A DNA stretch of 64,000 nucleotides, from contig JAUCBJ010007551.1 in assembly GCA_032718475.1 (NCBI GenBank), positions 1 through 64,000 of the forward strand, given 5' to 3'. Positions 23,911-36,733 of this stretch are shown here, piece after piece. The stretch comes from Nemertoderma westbladi (lineage: Eukaryota > Animalia > Xenacoelomorpha). A program made the position numbers and the translations under genes. Each line of letters starts with the position of its first letter. The first letter of the stretch is position 1. The notes beneath the pieces are model-generated. The model was not told the origin of the DNA, did not search any database, and saw nothing but the letters and a program-made list of their open reading frames with translations.

Positions 23911-25558
23911 AGGGGGTGTGGGTGGAGGTTGTGTGTGGGGGTGTGGGTGTGGGTGGAGGGTGTGGGGGGGTGTGGGTGGAGGTTGTGTGTGGGGGTGTGG
24001 GTGGAGGTTGTGTGTGGGGGTGTGGGTGGAGGTTGTGTGTGGGGGTGTGGGTGGAGGTTGTGTGTGGGGGTGTGGGTGGAGGTTGTGTGTGGGGGTGTGG
24101 GTGGAGGTTGTGTGTGGGGGTGTGGGTGGAGGTTGTGTGTGGGGGTGTGGGTGGAGGTTGTGTGTGGGGGTGTGGGTGGAGGTTGTGTGTGGGCGTAGGT
24201 GTGTGGGTGGAGGTTGTGTGTGGGGGTGTGGGTGGAGGTTGTGTGTGGGGGTGTGGGTGGAGGTTGTGTGTGGGGTTGTGTGTGGGGGTGTGGGTGGAGG
24301 TTGTGTGTGGGGGTGTGGGTGGAGGTTGTGTGTGGGGGTGTGGGTGGAGGTTGTGTGTGGGGGTGTGGGTGGGTGGAGGTTGTGTGTGGGGGTGTGGGTG
24401 GAGGTTGTGTGTGGGGGTGTGGGTGGAGGTTGTGTGTGGGGGTGTGGGTGGAGGTTGTGTGTGGGGGTGTGGGTGGAGGTTGTGTGTGGGGGTGTGGGTG
24501 GAGGTTGTGTGTGGGGGTGTGGGTGGAGATTGTGTGTGGGGGTGTGGGTGGAGGTTGTGTGTGGGCGTAGGTGTGTGGGTGGAGGTTGTGTGTGGGGGTG
24601 TGGGTGGAGGTTGTGTGTGGGGGTGTGGGTGGAGGTTGTGTGTGGGGGTGTGGGTGGAGGTTGTGTGTGGGGGTGTGGGTGGAGGTTGTGTGTGGGGGTG
24701 TGGGTGGAGGTTGTGTGTGGGGGTGTGGGTGGAGGTTGTGTGTGGGGGTGTGGGTGGAGGTTGTGTGTGGGGGTGTGGGTGGAGGTTGTGTGTGGGCGTG
24801 GTGTGTGGGTGGAGGTTGTGTGTGGGGGTGTGGGTGGAGGTTGTGTGTGGGGGTGTGGGTGGAGGTTGTGTGTGGGGTTGTGTGTGGGGGTGTGGGTGGA
24901 GGTTGTGTGTGGGGGTGTGGGTGGAGGTTGTGTGTGGGGGTGTGGGTGGAGGTTGTGTGTGGGGGTGTGGGTGGGTGGAGGTTGTGTGTGGGGGTGTGGG
25001 TGGAGGTTGTGTGTGGGGGTGTGGGTGGAGGTTGTGTGTGGGCGTGGGTGTGTGGGTGGAGGTTGTGTGTGGGGGTGTGGGTGTGGGTGGTGGGGGTGTG
25101 GGTGGAGGTTGTGTGTGGGGGTTGTGTGTGGGGGTGTGGGTGGAGGTTGTGTGTGGGCGTGGGGGTGTGGGTGGAGGTTGTGTGTGGGGGTGTGGGTGGA
25201 GGTTGTGTGTGGGGGTGTGGGTGGAGGTTGTGTGTGGGGGTGTGGGTGGAGGTTGTGTGTGGGGGTGTGGGTGGAGGTTGTGTGTGGGGGTGTGGGTGGA
25301 GGTTGTGTGTGGGGTGGGGGTGTGGGTGGAGGTTGTGGGTGTGGGTGTGGGTGGAGGTTGTGTGTGGGGGTGTGTGTGGAGGTTGTGTGTGGGGGTGTGG
25401 GTGAGGTTGTGTGTGGGGGTGTGGGTGGAGGTTGTGTGTGGGGGTGTGGGTGGAGGTTGTGTGTGGGGGTGTGGGTGGAAGTTGTGTGTGGTGGTGTGGG
25501 TGTGGGTGGAGGTTGTGGGTGGGGGTGTGGGTGAGGTTGTGTGTGGGGGTGTGTGTGT
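23911..25558. repeat. 25-bp G/T-rich minisatellite (~65 copies)
   Basis: Unit GTGTGGGTGGAGGTTGTGTGTGGGG; extreme G/T strand skew. Confidence 0.95.
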
Positions 25559-28026
25559 CGGAAGCCAATATCAGAATTTTTCAGAGTATATAATTATAAT
25601 TGTTCGCTGATATTGCTTGGAGTTTTGCTGCACTAAGGCCCCACTCGAGGCGTTAGTGTACGCATCCATTAGTGCTTTGTAAGCTGGTATGTATATAAGC
25701 GTATGCACAAATAAGAAAATTTATGAAATGGTCACACCTCTATAAACCACACCCACGCCAATGTTTAGAGATTTGCCGAAACAGAATAAGATTGGTCAAG
25801 CAATGCCATAAATCATGTGAGGTATAATAGGCGTGGCCCCACAAAGGCTTGTGTGACATATCAACTTGTCATTTACCAACACACCAACACTACTGTATAG
25901 TACACAAAGAAGTACATTAGCCTGTCGTATTCGCCAAAATACGACAGTGTAACTCTGGGTGGTTCCTAGAATGAATTTGTGTACATTGGCAGGGAAAGCC
26001 TGGTTCACAATTGAGACATAAGATATAAGAGATAACCGATACGAGACCTAATATATGCCGTAATTTATTATCAATTAATTCCTTCCTTTTTTCCTTATGA
26101 AAGCTGGCCTGATACATAATTGTCCCACTGATATTTTTAACATCAGTTTTAAACAAATTAAAATATTATTTCTTGCTCATCTATAAAATACAGAATCAAC
26201 CGACCATTTCTTTGAAGTTTCAAAGGTACGGTACGCTTTTCATTAACCGGTGGGAGTTATGGGAGTAGTGTCCAAAATAAACGGAGCTACAAGATCTGGT
26301 GGCGAATGTTCTCAGTGCTTGATAATGCACGCAGTCAGGAGGGTGGGCTACCCTATAGGTATCGGTACCGGGAACGGATTCCTGCATTAATAGGGTTGGT
26401 TAATATCTTTCCCTGCTGAGAGCGTTGGTTATCATTCCATTATCACAGTACCAAGACAAGACGTTGGCTGTTTAAACGTGGGTTTCAGCTGCTTTTTTAT
26501 TTTGTGTGTTTCTAGTGGTGCGTCTTTACGGAATGAGTCAGTCATCCCTAATGTTGTTTCATTATATCGCCAGTGTCCACTTCGCGAGGCCTATGTTTAC
26601 ATCGCCCCTCTAGTACTGAATAACCCAACGTGTGTTTCCATTCCCGCATTGTTAGTATAATGCCCCACCGTCGTCGGTCCAATAATTAAAGTCCGAAAGC
26701 GAAAGCGTACCATCAGTAAACTCCGTGTTATAATTGGAAGAGGATATTAAACTAACGGTTCATCCCAATTTAAAGTAACTAAAGCTTTGGGTGGTGCTAG
26801 GTAGGTGTGGTGGTCGGCAGGCTGGCGGTAACTCAGCTCACATTTTATTAATTCGGTAATGGTACTTGGGGAAGAAGAAAGCCCATAGTTGTAGCTAATT
26901 AGATAAACTATTACACAATGCTGCCAGACTCAGAACACATGGCACCCACAACATACATGGCAGCTGTTGGGTTGGCATGTTTATTACGTCATGGATACAA
27001 AGCGTGGGGGGGGGGGGGGGGGTACAGAATACTATGAGAAGGATAGGATGAGTTCTTATTGTGTTGAAAGTCCCTATCTGACGTCATGACTCATGCTGTA
27101 ATATGCCAACCCGATTGGTATGGTGGTGTTTGCGGATTCGGTTAAGGTTATTTTCCCTAGGCCTTTCATACGGAAACCCACTGTAGTCACATAAACCATT
27201 ATGTAGACCCTATACCGGTACATACACACAATTAAATTGGTACATCAGCTACATTTGCAATGGTAGCTTAGATCTTAGGTCAATAAATAAGCCTTAAGTA
27301 TAAAGAATACTTAATTCCATATGGTTGTAATTTCACTGGAACTTTTTTTTTCTCGAAATGATATATAGTTGGTGTCTTTCCTTTTATCGTGGTTTTAAAT
27401 TGAAACTGCCATAAATTACTTACAATTGATGGGTTGTGGGGCATCTGAACCAAATCACATCGGGCTGAATTAATATTGTTAATTATTGTTAATGTGAATA
27501 ACAGGTTAATCGAAATATTTAATTTTTTATTCAATCAATAGAAAATATGCAAGTTCGGTCAATAATGTTTAATATCAATATTTTGGATAACCCTATAACG
27601 TTCGTGTGGCTTTCTCGTAGGAGGCAGTGCGCAAAAATTTATATTTGACATAATAGCGCCAGCCGCGCCACCTCACGTCAAGGATTTTTAGGCATTTCAC
27701 TTAAATTGATGATTATAATTAGTTATTTACCTCGCCGAATCGGATTTATTATCATCCAAACCACAATGATGATTCAGTGGGTTTCTCAAATCAAGAGTAA
27801 ACTGATATCTTAACCAGAACGAAGTACCGGTATGTTATTCTCAAAGTAACACATTTCGCTGGTTCTGTATAAAACATATGGTTGAATTTTAGCAGTCGCG
27901 GAGACTTGAGAACATGCTTCTAATGAATAACTTTGCACGGGTCATTTGTACATCAAAATTAGTTTTTGGTGGGAAAGGGAAGAGATCGATAGGGTAAATC
28001 TTTATTGGGCGCATTTGGAACCTCAT

Positions 28027-31000
28027 AAAGAACAGATTACAGTAGCAGCGGACGGAATATCCAAAGAACAGATTACAGTAGCAGCGGACGGAATATCCAA
28101 AGAACAGGTTACAGTAGCAGCGGACGGAATATCCAAAGAACAGATTACAGTAGCAGCGGACGGAATATCCAAAGAACAGGTTACAGTAGCAACGGACGGA
28201 ATATCCAAAGAACAGGTTACAGTAGCAGCGGACGGAATATCCAAAGAACAGATTACAGTAACAGCGGACGGAATATCCAAAGAACAGGTTACAGTAGCAG
28301 CGGACGGAATATCCAAAGAACAGGTTACAGTAGCAGCGGACGGAATATCCAAAGTACAGGTTACAGTAGCAGCGGACGGAATATCCAAAGTACAGATTAC
28401 AGTAGCAGCGGACGGAATATCCAAAGAACAGATTACAGTAGCAGTGGACGGAATATCCAAAGAACAGGTTACAGTAGCAGGGGACGGAATATCCAGGGAA
28501 CAGGTTACAGTAGCAGCGAACGGAATATCCAAAGAACAGGTTACAGTAGCAGCGGACGGAATATCCAAAGAACAGGTTACAGTAGCAGCGGACGGAATAT
28601 CCAGGGAACAGGTTACAGTAGCAGCGGACGGAATATCCAAAGAACAGGTTACAGTAGCAGCGGACGGAATATCCAAAGAACAGGTTACAGTAGCAGCGGA
28701 CGGAATATCCAAAGAACAGGTTACAGTAGCAGCGGACGGAATATCCAAAGAACAGGTTACAGTAGCAGCGGACGGAATATCCAAAGAACAGGTTACAGTA
28801 GCAGCGGACGGAATATCCAAAGAACAGGTTACAGTAGCAGCGGACGGAATATCCAAAGAACAGGTTACAGTAGCAGCGGACGGAATATCCAAAGAACAGG
28901 TTACAGTAGCAGCGGACGGAATATCCAAAGAACAGGTTACAGTAGCAGCGGACGGAATATCCAAAGAACAGGTTACAGTAGCAGCGGACGGAATATCCAA
29001 AGAACAGGTTACAGTAGCAGCGGACGGAATATCCAAAGAACAGGTTACAGTAGCAGCGGACGGAATATCCAAAGAACAGGTTACAGTAGCAGCGGACGGA
29101 ATATCCAAAGAACAGGTTACAGTAGCAGCGGACGGAATATCCAAAGAACAGGTTACAGTAGCAGCGGACGGAATATCCAAAGAACAGGTTACAGTAGCAG
29201 CGGACGGAATATCCAAAGAACAGGTTACAGTAGCAGCGGACGGAATATCCAAAGAACAGGTTACAGTAGCAGCGGACGGAATATCCAAAGAACAGGTTAC
29301 AGTAGCAGCGGACGGAATATCCAAAGAACAGGTTACAGTAGCAGCGGACGGAATATCCAAAGAACAGGTTACAGTAGCAGCGGACGGAATATCCAAAGAA
29401 CAGGTTACAGTAGCAGCGGACGGAATATCCAAAGAACAGGTTACAGTAGCAGCGGACGGAATATCCAAAGAACAGGTTACAGTAGCAGCGGACGGAATAT
29501 CCAAAGAACAGGTTACAGTAGCAGCGGACGGAATATCCAAAGAACAGGTTACAGTAGCAGCGGACGGAATATCCAAAGAACAGGTTACAGTAGCAGCGGA
29601 CGGAATATCCAAAGAACAGGTTACAGTAGCAGCGGACGGAATATCCAAAGAACAGGTTACAGTAGCAGCGGACGGAATATCCAAAGAACAGGTTACAGTA
29701 GCAGCGGACGGAATATCCAAAGAACAGGTTACAGTAGCAGCGGACGGAATATCCAAAGAACAGGTTACAGTAGCAGCGGACGGAATATCCAAAGAACAGG
29801 TTACAGTAGCAGCGGACGGAATATCCAAAGAACAGGTTACAGTAGCAGCGGACGGAATATCCAAAGAACAGGTTACAGTAGCAGCGGACGGAATATCCAA
29901 AGAACAGGTTACAGTAGCAGCGGACGGAATATCCAAAGAACAGGTTACAGTAGCAGCGGACGGAATATCCAAAGAACAGGTTACAGTAGCAGCGGACGGA
30001 ATATCCAAAGAACAGGTTACAGTAGCAGCGGACGGAATATCCAAAGAACAGGTTACAGTAGCAGCGGACGGAATATCCAAAGAACAGGTTACAGTAGCAG
30101 CGGACGGAATATCCAAAGAACAGGTTACAGTAGCAGCGGACGGAATATCCAAAGAACAGGTTACAGTAGCAGCGGACGGAATATCCAAAGAACAGGTTAC
30201 AGTAGCAGCGGACGGAATATCCAAAGAACAGGTTACAGTAGCAGCGGACGGAATATCCAAAGAACAGGTTACAGTAGCAGCGGACGGAATATCCAAAGAA
30301 CAGGTTACAGTAGCAGCGGACGGAATATCCAAAGAACAGGTTACAGTAGCAGCGGACGGAATATCCAAAGAACAGGTTACAGTAGCAGCGGACGGAATAT
30401 CCAAAGAACAGGTTACAGTAGCAGCGGACGGAATATCCAAAGAACAGGTTACAGTAGCAGCGGACGGAATATCCAAAGAACAGGTTACAGTAGCAGCGGA
30501 CGGAATATCCAAAGAACAGGTTACAGTAGCAGCGGACGGAATATCCAAAGAACAGGTTACAGTAGCAGCGGACGGAATATCCAAAGAACAGGTTACAGTA
30601 GCAGCGGACGGAATATCCAAAGAACAGGTTACAGTAGCAGCGGACGGAATATCCAAAGAACAGGTTACAGTAGCAGCGGACGGAATATCCAAAGAACAGG
30701 TTACAGTAGCAGCGGACGGAATATCCAAAGAACAGGTTACAGTAGCAGCGGACGGAATATCCAAAGAACAGGTTACAGTAGCAGCGGACGGAATATCCAA
30801 AGAACAGGTTACAGTAGCAGCGGACGGAATATCCAAAGAACAGGTTACAGTAGCAGCGGACGGAATATCCAAAGAACAGGTTACAGTAGCAGCGGACGGA
30901 ATATCCAAAGAACAGGTTACAGTAGCAGCGGACGGAATATCCAAAGAACAGGTTACAGTAGCAGCGGACGGAATATCCAAAGAACAGGTTACAGTAGCAG

Positions 31001-32488
31001 CGGACGGAATATCCAAAGAACAGGTTACAGTAGCAGCGGACGGAATATCCAAAGAACAGGTTACAGTAGCAGCGGACGGAATATCCAAAGAACAGGTTAC
31101 AGTAGCAGCGGACGGAATATCCAAAGAACAGGTTACAGTAGCAGCGGACGGAATATCCAAAGAACAGGTTACAGTAGCAGCGGACGGAATATCCAAAGAA
31201 CAGGTTACAGTAGCAGCGGACGGAATATCCAAAGAACAGGTTACAGTAGCAGCGGACGGAATATCCAAAGAACAGGTTACAGTAGCAGCGGACGGAATAT
31301 CCAAAGAACAGGTTACAGTAGCAGCGGACGGAATATCCAAAGAACAGGTTACAGTAGCAGCGGACGGAATATCCAAAGAACAGGTTACAGTAGCAGCGGA
31401 CGGAATATCCAAAGAACAGGTTACAGTAGCAGCGGACGGAATATCCAAAGAACAGGTTACAGTAGCAGCGGACGGAATATCCAAAGAACAGGTTACAGTA
31501 GCAGCGGACGGAATATCCAAAGAACAGGTTACAGTAGCAGCGGACGGAATATCCAAAGAACAGGTTACATAGCAGCGGACGGAATATCCAAAGAACAGGT
31601 TACAGTAGCAGCGGACGGAATATCCAAAGAACAGGTTACATAGCAGCGGACGGAATATCCAAAGAACAGGTTACAGTAGCAGCGGACGGAATATCCAAAG
31701 AACAGGTTACAGTAGCAGCGGACGGAATATCCAAAGAACAGGTTACAGTAGCAGCGGACGGAATATCCAAAGAACAGGTTACAGTAGCAGCGGACGGAAT
31801 ATCCAAAGAACAGGTTACAGTAGCAGCGGACGGAATATCCAAAGAACAGGTTACAGTAGCAGCGGACGGAATATCCAAAGAACAGGTTACAGTAGCAGCG
31901 GACGGAATATCCAAAGAACAGGTTACAGTAGCAGCGGACGGAATATCCAAAGAACAGGTTACAGTAGCAGCGGACGGAATATCCAAAGAACAGGTTACAG
32001 TAGCAGCGGACGGAATATCCAAAGAACAGGTTACAGTAGCAGCGGACGGAATATCCAAAGAACAGGTTACAGTAGCAGCGGACGGAATATCCAAAGAACA
32101 GGTTACAGTAGCAGCGGACGGAATATCCAAAGAACAGGTTACAGTAGCAGCGGACGGAATATCCAAAGAACAGGTTACAGTAGCAGCGGACGGAATATCC
32201 AAAGAACAGGTTACAGTAGCAGCGGACGGAATATCCAAAGAACAGGTTACAGTAGCAGCGGACGGAATATCCAAAGAACAGGTTACAGTAGCAGCGGACG
32301 GAATATCCAAAGAACAGGTTACAGTAGCAGCGGACGGAATATCCAAAGAACAGGTTACAGTAGCAGCGGACGGAATATCCAAAGAACAGGTTACAGTAGC
32401 AGCGGACGGAATATCCAAAGAACAGGTTACAGTAGCAGCGGACGGAATATCCAAAGAACAGGTTACAGTAGCAGCGGACGGAATATCC
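28027..32488. repeat. 36-bp minisatellite (~124 copies), intronic
   Basis: Unit AAAGAACAGGTTACAGTAGCAGCGGACGGAATATCC. Almost invariant, with variants in the first ~17 units and two 1-bp deletions near 31570 and 31640. Confidence 0.97.
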
Positions 32489-32537
32489 CTCCACACAACA
32501 TGATTTAAACATTAACTCATATATCTTTTTCTTCCAG

Positions 32538-33287
32538 GCCTCCATTCTGTCAACCTCCCTTCGTAAACACGAGAAACCCCAACGCCGTATCACCTTCGCC
32601 GACTCACATGGTCTGCCTCTGGTGGAAAGCAAGACCTTCAGTCTATCCACCGAGATGCTGGAAGCCATGGCAACCGAAGTCACAGGGGATGCCTTCACAG
32701 AAGATCGGGGTACCCCGGGTCTGATAGATAAGGACTTTATCTTAAGATTCAAGCAGCCCGCATCCGAGTACCTTTCCCTCAAACAAAAACTAAGCGATCA
32801 AAATTGTTCACTGGAAAACATCTACGTTAAAGACAAGAATCTAGTCGGTACAGTTAAGGTTGTTAATATATCATTCGATAAGTCCGTGGATATCCGTGTC
32901 ACCTTCGATGGGTGGTCCACTTACACAGACTATTCCGCTGTTTATTCTAATAGCGTGGGTTTAGACAATCTGGATACGTTTCGGTTTACGATTCCGATAC
33001 TAATGGGAGTGGTGGGTGCGTCGCCTGGTCGTCGTGTTGAACTGTGCATCCGCTACAGGGCGGGCGGGGTGGGGGTCTTCTGGGACAATAACTACGGGGT
33101 TAACTACGTGCTGCAGATGCGACCCAGTTCCCGTAGACGACCCAGGGCCAGCGAACCCCTCCTCGATCGGGATCCAATAGACACGACGCCGCCGCTCAAT
33201 GTAAATTTGCCGCGCAAACCCGCGGTTTGGTCACAGTATTCCTATTGGCGGGATTACATGGAGGATGACGATTCGCCTTACTGGTGA
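32538..33287 (+). CDS. PPP1R3: Terminal exon of protein phosphatase 1 glycogen-targeting regulatory subunit (RVxF + CBM21)
   Basis: Acceptor TCTTTTTCTTCCAG|. RRITFADSHGLPLV (PP1-docking motif), FKQPASEY, CSLEN, GTVKVVNISFDKSVDIRVTFDGW, WDNNYGVNY, and family-like C-terminus W..Y..W....DSPYW*. Confidence 0.92.
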   Translation, partial: ASILSTSLRKHEKPQRRITFADSHGLPLVESKTFSLSTEMLEAMATEVTGDAFTEDRGTPGLIDKDFILRFKQPASEYLSLKQKLSDQNCSLENIYVKDKNLVGTVKVVNISFDKSVDIRVTFDGWSTYTDYSAVYSNSVGLDNLDTFRFTIPILMGVVGASPGRRVELCIRYRAGGVGVFWDNNYGVNYVLQMRPSSRRRPRASEPLLDRDPIDTTPPLNVNLPRKPAVWSQYSYWRDYMEDDDSPYW

Positions 33288-33733
33288 TTGATTGGTTGGT
33301 TTTAAATTGATAATTAGCCGTGATGGATTAAAACCAAATGGGTTTACTAATTAACAGTCTGAAATTCAACAGTAGTTAAACCCTGGGAGGGAGCCAGTCT
33401 CGGTGCCAGTCTGGGTGCCAGTCTCACAGAATTCCTCATCCACTTTATTCATATCAGTAATAACCTTTTTTTAGCCAATTTTGGTTTCACTATAATTTCG
33501 TAGAATGTAGCAAGCACCACACATACACCCATTATAATGCTGTATCCCCGAACCTCTGATCATATTACCTTCCATTTCTCACTCAAGTTTCCTTCCTTAG
33601 TCTTAATTCCCTCTTCCAAATTCCTTTCCTTCACAGCCGTTTTATACTGTAAACGTGTAATAAAACGTAACCGAGTCACAATAGGTTAGAAAAAGGTACA
33701 CGAATGGATGAAATATCGATTAATCCAAACTAA

Positions 33734-33883
33734 GGGGTCATCCATAAATGACGTCACGCTGGACGGGGGGGGGGGGGGGGGGTTATGGTCATGGTTTGGT
33801 ATTTCGTGACGATTTGTGACAATGGGGAGGGGGGGGGGGTCAAATATGTCTTTAAAAAAGTGACGTCATTTATGGAAGGCCCC
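33734..33883. mobile_element. PIF/Harbinger (Tourist-like) MITE
   Basis: TIRs GGGGTCATCCATAAATGACGTCAC / GTGACGTCATTTATGGAAGGCCCC, flanked by TAA on both sides. Confidence 0.8.
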
Positions 33884-35323
33884 CTAAACTACCGGTATGT
33901 AAATGTTTATATTTAATACAGTAAATTTGCCTCTTGCCTGTTCTATAATGGTATAATGTGTTCTATAACGTCCTATTCGGACAGTTTTCACTTTTCAGTT
34001 CAGTTTCAACTGTCATCGACTTGACTTCGATATATTTTCTATAATGCCCGGTGCTTGACTTAGGATTTATATATTATATTTTACTATATTATAATAATTT
34101 ATATTTACAGTAGTATGTATACACAAATTAATTTAGTTAATAATAGATTAATTTTATCGCGAATATTATGGTCCCTTAGATCGTGGGTGCTTTGAGATTG
34201 TTTGGATCTAAAAAAATATTGGCTTTTTTAGAATAATATATAGAATAATAAATCTTTTTACGTTTATTTAGTTTAATTAATTTTGCTGTTTCGGTACCGG
34301 TATTAGATAGACCACAGGTGTTGATAAATTTAAGCTACTTAAAGTTGGTTATTGAGTGACACTTCTACCATTTTACCTGTTTCTCATTTTGGTATACTTT
34401 AATATGCTTTTTTACAACAAGTTTCTGTTACTCACACATTTTGCTTTTGAATATCCTTCGTTTTTTAGTGAAATCATATCTTTAATTATTAGGCTATTTT
34501 TTTTACATATTTCATTTACTCTCACACATTTTGCTTTTGAGTATCATTCTTTTTTTTAGTAAAATCGTAGCATTAATTTGTAGATTCTATTGTCGACTCG
34601 ATAACTATATTTTGGAAACCTTGTTTGGATTTCACTTAATTCTGGGCAATTTTGGGATTATATAATATTTTGATTTTCAATAACAAAAGTTGTCTTCATA
34701 TCATCGTGTTGTGGTCACACATCACCACTCATTGCCGGCTGAGCCTTTTTAGCGATTGTGAACTATTAGGTTGTGGGTGGGGCGGGGTATTCTGAATCAT
34801 TCGGTTTCTTCATATTTTTACATTTGGCCTTGACCCTCAGTTTTGCGCATTTAACCCTGTAGTTCCCAGTAGTTCTCATTCGCTAAAGGCTCTGCCCCAA
34901 CAAGTCTCGACCCACACATTGTTGTTATGTTCGTTATGGTAACTACATTTTTGTGATTTTTGTGACAGGCATTTGCGATTACATTAAGGCGTAAATGCAT
35001 TTGTATCATTCAAGCAAAAATAGCAAGGCTAATCTTTGTAGAAACAAGTGGGGGGGGGGGGGGGGGGGGTTGTAATTTGAAACAGAGATAGTTTCACCTC
35101 CCGACCACTGACTGGGTAAGCCAGAATTTTTATTTTGCAAAGAGTGTCTCCGTCGATATTACACCAGTTACACCGCAGTTTTTCTTATACCTTATAGCTG
35201 TTTGTTAGTACCAATGGAAAGCTGGCCGTGCAAGCATTCCAAATATGTAACACATTCTGAATTTCGTTGAAAAGTAGCTAAGATATTTTATGAATGGGAG
35301 AATATTTTAGGCTCTTTGAGTCA

Positions 35324-36733
35324 AGGAATGCCTGTTCACCACCATGGGTGATCTTCCACAATAAACCCTTCCACTCTGTTTCCTAAAGGAATGCCTGTTT
35401 ACCATGGGTGATCTTCCACAGTAAACCTTTTCACTCTGTTTCCTAAAGGAATGCCTGTTCACCATGGGTGATCTTCCACAGTAAACCCTTCCACTCTGTT
35501 TCCTAAAGGAATGCCTGTTCACCATGGGTGATCTTCCACAGTAAACCCTTCCACTCTGTTTCCTAAAGGAATGCCTGTTCACCATGGGTGATCTTCCACA
35601 GTAAACCCTTCCACGCTCTTTTTCCTAAAGGAATGCCTGTTTACCATGGGTGATCTTCCACAGTAAACCCTTCCACGCTCTTTTTCCTAAAGGAATGCCT
35701 GTTCACCATGGGCGATCTTCCACAGTAAACCCTTCCACTCTGTTTCCTAAAGGAATGCCTGTTCACCACCAAGGGTGATCTTCCACAGTAAACCCTTCCA
35801 CGCTCTTTTTCCTAAAGGAATGCCTGTTTACCATGGGTGATCTTCCACAGTAAACCCTTCCACGCTCTTTTTCCTAAAGGAATGCCTGTTTACCATGGGT
35901 GATCTTCCACAGTAAACCCTTCCACTCTGTTTCCTAAAGGAATGCCTGTTCACCATGGGTGATCTTCCACAGTAAACCCTTCCACTCTTTTTCCTAAAGG
36001 AATGCCTGTTCACCATGGGTGATCTTCCACAGTAAACCCTTCCACTCTTTTTCCTAAAGGAATGCCTGTTTACCATGGGTGATCTTCCACAGTAAACCCT
36101 TCCACTCTGTTTCCTAAAGGAATGCCTGTTCACCATGGGTGATCTTCCACAGTATCTTCCACAGTAAACCCTTCCACTCTTTTTCCTAAAGGAATGCCTG
36201 TTCACCATGGGTGATCTTCCACAGTAAACCCTTCCACTCTTTTTCCTAAAGGAATGCCTGTTCACCATGGGTGATCTTCCACAGTAAACCCTTCCACTCT
36301 TTTTCCTAAAGGAATGCCTGTTTACCATGGGTGATCTTCCACAGTAAACCCTTCCACTCTGTTTCCTAAAGGAATGCCTGTTCACCATGGGTGATCTTCC
36401 ACAGTAAACCCTTCCACTCTGTTTCGTTTCCTAAAGGAATGCCTGTTCACCATGGGTGATCTTCCACAGTAAACCCTTCCACTCTTTTTCCTAAAGGAAT
36501 GCCTGTTTACCATGGGTGATCTTCCACAGTAAACCCTTCCACGCTCTTTTTCCTAAAGGAATGCCTGTTTACCATGGGTGATCTTCCACAGTAAACCCTT
36601 CCACTCTGTTTCCTAAAGGAATGCCTGTTCACCATGGGTGATCTTCCACAGTAAACCCTTCCACTCTGTTTCCTAAAGGAATGCCTGTTCACCATGGGTG
36701 ATCTTCCACAGTAAACCCTTCCACTCTGTTTCC
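35324..36733. repeat. 60-bp minisatellite (~23 copies)
   Basis: Unit AAGGAATGCCTGTTCACCATGGGTGATCTTCCACAGTAAACCCTTCCACTCTGTTTCCTA, with 62-bp variants. Confidence 0.95.

Noticed and set aside
23847-25610. Long Cys/Gly/Val- and His/Pro/Thr-rich ORFs
   Set aside because: Open in several frames because the 25-bp G/T repeat lacks stops.
27946-31572. 1208-aa ORF of (KEQVTVAADGIS)n and its antisense partner
   Set aside because: Stop-free frames of a 36-bp intronic minisatellite; no ATG start or unique domain, and no silent variation.
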